64,000 bases of DNA, from the IMG/VR virus record IMGVR_UViG_3300028603_000002, positions 1 to 64,000 of that record; one strand, written 5' to 3'. The stretch's first letter is position 1. Every line of letters starts with the position of its first letter. Positions 57,843 to 64,000 of the stretch are shown piece after piece. The notes beneath the pieces are model-generated. The model was not told the DNA's origin. It was given only the letters and a program-made list of their open reading frames with translations, and searched no databases. The DNA comes from a virus (lineage: Duplodnaviria; Caudoviricetes). The translations under genes and the position numbers were made by a program.

Positions 57843-58214
57843 ATGATTTTAGCAGTTGATTTAGATGATACATTATGTAAACGACCACCTGATAATCAAA
57901 TAATAAATTTAAATGGTTGGGACTTTAGAATTTATAAGTATACACTGTGCACACCAATAATAAAAAATATTCAGTATGTGAATAAATTAAAAAGAACAAT
58001 TAAAAAATGTAAAATGTACATTTATACTTCCAGGGGAATGTCATCATTTAAAGGAGATATTGATTTAATAGAAGCTAATTTGAGAAGCATTACTGAAACA
58101 CAATTAAATCAGTGGAATGTAAATTACGACAAATTAATATTTGGAAAGTTACATTATGATTTAATAATTGATGATAAAAGTATAAATTTATCTGATATAA
58201 ATTTTAAATTCTGA
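57843..58214 (+). CDS. HAD-superfamily phosphatase (capsule-biosynthesis type)
   Basis: VDLDDTLC, YTSRG, YDKLIFGK..YDLIIDDK. Confidence 0.85.
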   Translation: MILAVDLDDTLCKRPPDNQIINLNGWDFRIYKYTLCTPIIKNIQYVNKLKRTIKKCKMYIYTSRGMSSFKGDIDLIEANLRSITETQLNQWNVNYDKLIFGKLHYDLIIDDKSINLSDINFKF

Positions 58215-58232
58215 AAAATAATTATTAATTTT

Positions 58233-58457
58233 ATGGACATGAAGAAGGGAAGATTATACAAAAAGAAAAAAGAGCTGAATGATGCTTATTATATTTTCCT
58301 TGGAGATAGCGGTTTACCTGAGTTAGGGACGTTTTTATGTGTTGTCCCTATTAATGATACCCGATTAAGAATAGTCTCGGTAGAACTAAGGAAAGCAAGT
58401 GAAATGAAGATTGTATCAGAAGAAGAATTTCGTAACTATATAGATGTATCTTGGTAA
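58233..58457 (+). CDS. Hypothetical protein
   Basis: 74 aa; TAATG overlap with queD. Confidence 0.45.
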   Translation: MDMKKGRLYKKKKELNDAYYIFLGDSGLPELGTFLCVVPINDTRLRIVSVELRKASEMKIVSEEEFRNYIDVSW

Positions 58458-59011
58458 TGTGGTTAATTGATAAAACATTTGAATTTGATTATGGTCATAG
58501 AGTTTGGACTCAAAAACTAAATTCTGACTTTAGTATTGATAATAGATGTGTATGTAGACATTTACACGGTCACCGAGGAAAAGTACATGTTTATTTAAAA
58601 TCAGATACTTTAGATGAAACTGGGATGGTTACTGATTTTAAACATTTGAATTGGTTTAAGAAATTCTTAGATGATGTGTTGGATCATAAAATGATTCTTG
58701 ATATGGATGATCCAACATTATTTTTATTGTATTCATTAGCTACTGAACATTATTTAATAGAAAATAAAGAATTTAATTATTATACAGTAGATATAGCAAA
58801 ATTAGAAACTGATTTAGGTGATACTTTTACTGATGCTGAAATGGAATTATATGAGGGATTAGTAATAGTTAACTTTGTACCGACATCAGAAAACTTAGCA
58901 AAGTGGTTAGCAGAAATAACGTCTAAGAAAATGAAAGAAATGGGGGTGAATGTAAGTCATATTGAATTCTTTGAAACTCCAAAAAGTAGAAGTACATATT
59001 ATATTGATTAA
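58457..59011 (+). CDS. queD: 6-carboxy-5,6,7,8-tetrahydropterin synthase
   Basis: FDYGHR, CRHLHGH, GMVTDF, LDH, PTSENLA, ETP; long internal insertion. Confidence 0.92.
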   Translation: MWLIDKTFEFDYGHRVWTQKLNSDFSIDNRCVCRHLHGHRGKVHVYLKSDTLDETGMVTDFKHLNWFKKFLDDVLDHKMILDMDDPTLFLLYSLATEHYLIENKEFNYYTVDIAKLETDLGDTFTDAEMELYEGLVIVNFVPTSENLAKWLAEITSKKMKEMGVNVSHIEFFETPKSRSTYYID

Positions 59012-59028
59012 CAATAAAAATTGAAGTT

Positions 59029-59235
59029 ATGACAGAATCATGTTATTATTTAGTAAAGGTAAAAATTCATATTATAGATGATGGTAAAGCAAAAGACGCT
59101 ACTGAACAACATCTTGTTAAAGCTGTATCAGTAGTTGATTGTGATGTAAAGATTAATGAACATTATGAAAATATGATGCATGATTGGCAGATAGTATCTG
59201 TCGCTGAAACTAAAATAATGGATGTTATTGAATGA
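59029..59235 (+). CDS. DUF4494-like small protein
   Basis: YYLVKVK...GK.K..TEQHLV.AVSV.D.....E...W.I.SV.ETKI resembles a Bacteroidota-associated family (recalled). Confidence 0.55.
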   Translation: MTESCYYLVKVKIHIIDDGKAKDATEQHLVKAVSVVDCDVKINEHYENMMHDWQIVSVAETKIMDVIE

Positions 59236-60311
59236 AAATAATTCTAATAGAGTCTGCTGACAAACAACATAGGTATAGGAAGAGGTGGGATATGATAGTA
59301 ATGTCAGCACTGAAAAGTTTGGGGTATGATGTATTCCAAACTGGGGTGTTAGATAGCATTGGATTTGAGCATTTTGAAATGGCGGAAGCTGAACATAGTA
59401 GCAGACAATTACAAAGAATACTTTCATATTTAAATTTTGAATTTAGTTTAGATGATAAAAATGTAGATGAATTAGTAATTTTTATTAATGAATATGCCTA
59501 TAATGCAGCAATATTAGAATTGAAAAGATATGCTGATTTAAATAGGAGGAATTGGAAATTTATTGGTCTATGGCCTACAAAATTAATTTTTAATAAAAAG
59601 CACCCATATTCTAGAAGTAGAAGATTGGATGCGTGGTCGATGAAATTTGAACATTTATTATTTCAGACATATGATGCTAATATTTTCAATCATGAATTTG
59701 CAAAGACGCTTTTCTTAAAGAAGAGAAAAATAAGAAAAGAGGAATTAGTTAAAAAAGCACATTATATTGGGGAGCCGTTTGAATATCTAACAGAAATTGC
59801 GAAGGAATACAATCTGGAAAATAAGGAGGATATAATTCTAATTCCAGCAGGTATAGATGCAGACCATCAAATTAGAATTATTGAAATATTCAAAAGAGAA
59901 TTGCCAAAATATGAATTTATTTATTTAAATGATAATAAATTAGATAGGAAACAGTATTATCAAATGCTTGCTAAAGCTAAAATGATGTTATCAATTAATA
60001 CATATGATTATTATGATGATACTTTTTTAAGTTTCGAAGCATTGGCATTCAAAGTAATACCATTAGCACCAGAGTTCACACGCTTGGGAAGAACACTTCC
60101 CAGAATGTTATATACATTTGATTACTGGATTGTAATGCCACCCATGATCAATTTTGTTCGACAGAGAGGAGATATACAGAAAAAGATATCAAATTTAATG
60201 GATAATTATGAGAGTCTTACACATTATTTAGTAGAGGATACTGAAAAAATGAAACAGAGATATAGTATAGATAAATTAATTGATGTTATAGAAAAATTAA
60301 AAGAAGAGTAA
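59232..60311 (+). CDS. Divergent GT-B glycosyltransferase-like protein
   Basis: IILIE...RY...W, FIGLW, LDRKQYYQMLAKAK, FEALAFKVIPLAP; the canonical donor-binding residues look altered. Confidence 0.55.
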   Translation: MKIILIESADKQHRYRKRWDMIVMSALKSLGYDVFQTGVLDSIGFEHFEMAEAEHSSRQLQRILSYLNFEFSLDDKNVDELVIFINEYAYNAAILELKRYADLNRRNWKFIGLWPTKLIFNKKHPYSRSRRLDAWSMKFEHLLFQTYDANIFNHEFAKTLFLKKRKIRKEELVKKAHYIGEPFEYLTEIAKEYNLENKEDIILIPAGIDADHQIRIIEIFKRELPKYEFIYLNDNKLDRKQYYQMLAKAKMMLSINTYDYYDDTFLSFEALAFKVIPLAPEFTRLGRTLPRMLYTFDYWIVMPPMINFVRQRGDIQKKISNLMDNYESLTHYLVEDTEKMKQRYSIDKLIDVIEKLKEE

Positions 60312-60313
60312 TT

Positions 60314-60589
60314 ATGGAAAATAATAAGATGAATGTAAATTTAAATCTAAATGAAACTACTGCTATACAATGTGATAATTGTAATGGTGAAATATTTGTT
60401 CCTGTTTTAATGTTAAGAAAAATACCGGCATTGTTAACAGGCACTTCACAGCCACAATTAGTACCAATACAAGTATTCAAATGTGATATTTGCAATGCAT
60501 TAATGGAAGAAATGTGGCCTAAGAATTTACCAAAACCAGGAGTAAAAATAAATATGTCAAATTCACCGAATGATACTAATAATGATTAA
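60314..60589 (+). CDS. Small Zn-ribbon protein
   Basis: CDNC ... CDIC. Confidence 0.65.
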   Translation: MENNKMNVNLNLNETTAIQCDNCNGEIFVPVLMLRKIPALLTGTSQPQLVPIQVFKCDICNALMEEMWPKNLPKPGVKINMSNSPNDTNND

Positions 60590-60600
60590 ATAAATAGATT

Positions 60601-60756
60601 ATGAAAAAAAGTTCTAAAAAAAGATGGTGGTTGAATACAAAACCATTGTACAAAGAATTTGGAGAAAGTAAATTCAAAAGAGTTAAGAGAAGCGAAACAA
60701 TTCGACCTTCAGATAGAATTGAAAGGTTATTGAAAAAGGAGTATGCCAAGTCATAA
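60601..60756 (+). CDS. Small basic ORF (51 aa)
   Basis: MKKSSKKRWWLNTKP...; fills the gap and overlaps the next gene. Confidence 0.35.
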   Translation: MKKSSKKRWWLNTKPLYKEFGESKFKRVKRSETIRPSDRIERLLKKEYAKS

Positions 60757-61708
60757 TAAGCTGTTGAAGAAAATTGAGGAGATAAAGAATATTGGTTATA
60801 ACAAGGATGAAAAAATAGTTAGTTACAGCCAATATAGTAAATATCAAACATGTCCTCATAGATGGAAGCTAGAATATATAGACAAACATAAGTTTCCGGA
60901 TCCAAATATCAATTTAGTATTTGGGACTGCAATGCACGAAGTAATACAATTCTATTTACATAATGTTTATAATAAGAGTGTTAAATATGCAGACGAGAAT
61001 ATAGATCTTGAAAATCTATTAATGTTCTCAATGAAGAAAAATTACCAAAAAGAGTTTGATAAGAATGGTATAAATTTTTCAACGATGGAGGAGGTAGTTG
61101 ATTATTATGAAGATGGTTGTGCAATATTACATTTCTTTAAAAATAACAGGTCGAATTATTTCAATTCAAGAAAGTTAGAATATATTGGAATTGAAATTCC
61201 TCTTATATATACACCTATAGAAAGTCTACCAAATGTTAAATTACGCGCATATTTAGATTTGATATTTTATGATAAGGCTGCAAAACGGTATAAGATCATA
61301 GATATAAAGACTAGCAAATCTGGATGGAATAAATGGCAGAAAAAAGATAAAAGCAAAACTGATCAAGTATTATTGTATAAATATTATTTTTCTAAATTAT
61401 ATGATATTGATATTCAAGATGTAGATGTAGAGTTTTTTATAGTTAGAAGAAAAATAGAAACAGACTACGATTTTCCATTAAAAAGAATACAAGAATTTAA
61501 ACCCGCAGATGGTTCAATATCAATTAATAAATTTGTAAGGAATTTCGAGAAGTTTATTACAAATAGTTTTACAACGGAGGGATATAATAAAGAAGCTGAA
61601 TATCCTGCAGTTTGTGGTGAAAAGGGATGGAATTGTACATTTTGTCCATTTAATGAAAAAGAGAATTTATGCCCAAAAAGTAAGAGAATAACCAGCATTT
61701 CAAATTGA
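60743..61708 (+). CDS. PD-(D/E)xK exonuclease (RecB/Cas4-like, 4-Cys)
   Basis: SYSQ..Y..CP, FGTAMHE, YLDL, IIDIKTS, QVLLY, CTFCPF...C. Confidence 0.88.
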   Translation: MPSHNKLLKKIEEIKNIGYNKDEKIVSYSQYSKYQTCPHRWKLEYIDKHKFPDPNINLVFGTAMHEVIQFYLHNVYNKSVKYADENIDLENLLMFSMKKNYQKEFDKNGINFSTMEEVVDYYEDGCAILHFFKNNRSNYFNSRKLEYIGIEIPLIYTPIESLPNVKLRAYLDLIFYDKAAKRYKIIDIKTSKSGWNKWQKKDKSKTDQVLLYKYYFSKLYDIDIQDVDVEFFIVRRKIETDYDFPLKRIQEFKPADGSISINKFVRNFEKFITNSFTTEGYNKEAEYPAVCGEKGWNCTFCPFNEKENLCPKSKRITSISN

Positions 61709-61741
61709 TTTTTGTATATATATTATTGAAAATAAAGTTAC

Positions 61742-62275
61742 ATGAGGAATAAAGTTGTATGTGAATATAATTGTTTAATGTTAGATGTTGAATTAAACAA
61801 TTGGTCTAATTGGGAAGATATAATAACACCAACCGACATCTACATTTCTGATACCATTCCTGGTTTAGAACCAACTCCACATATCACTCTTCTGCATGGA
61901 ATTGAACCTAATACACGATTAAATGAATTTGGTCATATACTACCACGAGCAAATGAATATAATGTCGAAGTAGGTGGATTACAATATTTTAACAAGTCTA
62001 CATATGATGTATTATTTTTAAAAGTAAAATGTTCTTTAATTAATGAAGTTAATTTAAAATTAAAAGAAACAATAAAATACCACCCCACCTTCCCAGTATA
62101 TACTCCACATATAACAATAGCATATTTAAAACCTGGAAAGGCAAATAAGTATGTATATAGCATACCTATAGTTAATAAACATATAAAGGCAATAAATTAT
62201 ACATATTCAACAACAAAAAATAGACCATACAGATTTAAGGAGTTTTATGGAACAACAACTACCAAAGTTAATTAA
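61742..62275 (+). CDS. 2H phosphoesterase, Acb1/T4 gp57B-like
   Basis: Two HxT motifs, PHITLLHG and PHITIAYLKPG. Confidence 0.75.
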   Translation: MRNKVVCEYNCLMLDVELNNWSNWEDIITPTDIYISDTIPGLEPTPHITLLHGIEPNTRLNEFGHILPRANEYNVEVGGLQYFNKSTYDVLFLKVKCSLINEVNLKLKETIKYHPTFPVYTPHITIAYLKPGKANKYVYSIPIVNKHIKAINYTYSTTKNRPYRFKEFYGTTTTKVN

Positions 62276-63743
62276 GGTCAACAGAGATAGACCAAAAAAG
62301 AAAAAAATACTATTATTAAGCGATGACTTAACAATGCATTCTGGCATTGCTACAATGTCAAAAGAATTTGTAATAGGTACAGCCGAACATTATGATTGGG
62401 TTCAGATAGCAGCAGGAATAGATCATCCTAAACACGGGCAATTTGAAGATTTTTCAAATAGTATAAATGAATTATTAGGAATTGATCATTCATATGTAAA
62501 ATTGTATTATCACAATGGATATGGCAATCCTCCTGTATTGCGTGAAATAATTGCATTAGAGAAACCAGATTTAATTTTACATTTTACAGACCCTAGATTC
62601 TGGGGGTGGTTGTATTCAATTGAAGATGAGATTAGGAAGTATTATAAGATACCAATTGCTTATTATAATATTTGGGATGCACCACCAGCTCCATTATGGA
62701 ACTATCCATTCTATAAGTCATGTGATTTAATAATGAATATTAGTAAACAAACACATGCACTAACAAAGATAGTTCTTAGGGATGAATATGCTGATTTAGA
62801 TGAAGGTGAAACAAAGAAAAAGAATACAGATGTTCTATTATCTTATGTTCCTCATGGGATAAATGAAAAAATGTTTTATCCTATCAATGAAGATTCAGAA
62901 GTTTATAAGGATTATTTAAAATTTAAGGAAGAATTCTATTCTAAGAATCCAAATGCTAATTTTATTGTATTTTGGAATAACAGGAATGCTGCAAGAAAAC
63001 AACCAGCGGATGTGATATTAGGATTCAAATATTTTTGTGATAAATTGTCAAAGGCAGATGCAAAGAAATGTGTATTATTAATGCATACTCAAATTATTGA
63101 TATGCACGGTACTGATTTAATGTCTATTAAACAAGATTTATGTCCTGATTATAATGTTATATTCTCAGATCATCCAGTTGATACTCATGTAATGAATTTC
63201 TTTTACAATGTATCGGATGTTACTGTCAACATTGCTAATAATGAAGGGTTTGGATTATCTGGTGCTGAATCATTAATGTCAGGAACAATGATAATTAATA
63301 ATGTTACTGGTGGATTACAGGATCAATGTGGTTTCTTAGATGAGAAACTTAACCCGATTAAAGTAACAAAAGAATTTGTATCAAATCATACTGGAAAATA
63401 TAAGAATCATGGATCGTGGGCTAGACCAATTTATCCAACATCCAGATCATTACAAGGATCTCCTCCTACACCATACATATTCAATGATAAAATTACATTT
63501 ACTGATTTAGCAGATGCTTTATTTGATGTATATGAGTACGGTCCTGAAGCTAGAAAAGTTCGTGGATTGGAAGGAAGGGAGTTTGTACTATCAAAAGAGT
63601 CGGGGATGAGTGCAACAGAAATGTGTAATAGAATGAAGAAATCAATTGATTATTTATTTGATACATGGAAACCAAATGAGAAATGGATTGTTAAACGCGC
63701 TAAGAAATATGTAGCACCAAAAAATATGGGAATAGTTATATGA
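62247..63743 (+). CDS. GT4 (GT-B) glycosyltransferase
   Basis: ILLLSDD...SG, VPHG, NRNAARK, NEGFGLSGAE, TGGLQDQ. Confidence 0.9.
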   Translation: MEQQLPKLIKVNRDRPKKKKILLLSDDLTMHSGIATMSKEFVIGTAEHYDWVQIAAGIDHPKHGQFEDFSNSINELLGIDHSYVKLYYHNGYGNPPVLREIIALEKPDLILHFTDPRFWGWLYSIEDEIRKYYKIPIAYYNIWDAPPAPLWNYPFYKSCDLIMNISKQTHALTKIVLRDEYADLDEGETKKKNTDVLLSYVPHGINEKMFYPINEDSEVYKDYLKFKEEFYSKNPNANFIVFWNNRNAARKQPADVILGFKYFCDKLSKADAKKCVLLMHTQIIDMHGTDLMSIKQDLCPDYNVIFSDHPVDTHVMNFFYNVSDVTVNIANNEGFGLSGAESLMSGTMIINNVTGGLQDQCGFLDEKLNPIKVTKEFVSNHTGKYKNHGSWARPIYPTSRSLQGSPPTPYIFNDKITFTDLADALFDVYEYGPEARKVRGLEGREFVLSKESGMSATEMCNRMKKSIDYLFDTWKPNEKWIVKRAKKYVAPKNMGIVI

Positions 63744-64000
63744 ATATTATAGTAGCAGCACCAGTTAGGACAAGGTCAGGATACGGAGCCAGATCAAGAG
63801 ATATAGTTAAAGCATTAATTGCCAATGAAAAATATGATGTAAAAGTAATACCATTAAGATGGGGTAATACTCCCGAAACTGCATTGGATTCTAACAATGA
63901 AGAAGATCGTAAAATTTTAGATAGGTTAATTAACCCAAAAATCAATGAAAATAATAGACCTGATATTTTCATACATATTACAATACCTAATGAATTTGAA
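63740..64000 (+). CDS. 3'-truncated glycosyltransferase (GT4-like)
   Basis: ATGA overlap; MNIIVAAPVRTRSGYGARSRDIVKAL...WGNTP...PDIFIHITIPNEF; runs off the window. Confidence 0.7.
   Translation, partial: MNIIVAAPVRTRSGYGARSRDIVKALIANEKYDVKVIPLRWGNTPETALDSNNEEDRKILDRLINPKINENNRPDIFIHITIPNEFE

Noticed and set aside
60743-61708. Cas4 as part of a CRISPR-Cas system
   Set aside because: No other cas genes or array are present; stand-alone Cas4/RecB-like exonucleases are common in phages.
61714-61728. TATATATTATT as another late-promoter copy before the 2H phosphoesterase
   Set aside because: It is mismatched in the TTT core and sits in a very AT-rich gap, so it cannot be told from chance.
557-63972. 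Other minus-strand and nested short ORFs in the track
   Set aside because: They lie largely inside well-supported + strand genes and show no recognisable motifs.
1-64000. Stop-codon reassignment, as seen in some large phages
   Set aside because: Core genes are full length under the standard code, and TAA, TGA and TAG (e.g. 43500, 47985) all end genes.

Overview
AT-rich, almost gap-free, entirely + strand segment of a large T4-like (myovirus) phage genome, read with the standard genetic code. A Bacteroidota-type host is likely, based on a phage-borne bS21 and a DUF4494-like gene (inference). Gene order: (1) C-terminal part of a repeat-rich fibre protein; (2) head module with terminase, portal, prohead protease, GIY-YIG homing endonuclease, ribosomal protein bS21, scaffold and gp23-like major capsid protein; (3) accessory cassette of PhoH, NUDIX, transglutaminase-like, nucleotidyltransferase and ADP-ribosyltransferase-like genes, the four enzymes after PhoH sharing an N-terminal M-x-K-L-x-x-(I/L)..E leader; (4) neck, sheath, three tube paralogues, a probably frameshifted tail chaperone, tape measure and baseplate; (5) replication genes (short PolA-like, SSB, RecA, 5'-3' exonuclease, helicase, class II RNR, thioredoxin, PolB, clamp and loaders); (6) a 7-deazaguanine DNA-modification locus (queE, folE, two divergent queC, dpdA/TGT-like, distant queD); (7) a sugar-modification cluster, an Acb1-like 2H phosphoesterase and GT4 glycosyltransferases. 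The standout is an SbnA/SbnB-like L-2,3-diaminopropionate biosynthesis pair placed between the two queC genes and dpdA. It suggests a diaminopropionate-conjugated 7-deazaguanine base that I do not know to have been described. All calls come from reading motifs by eye; no searches were run.
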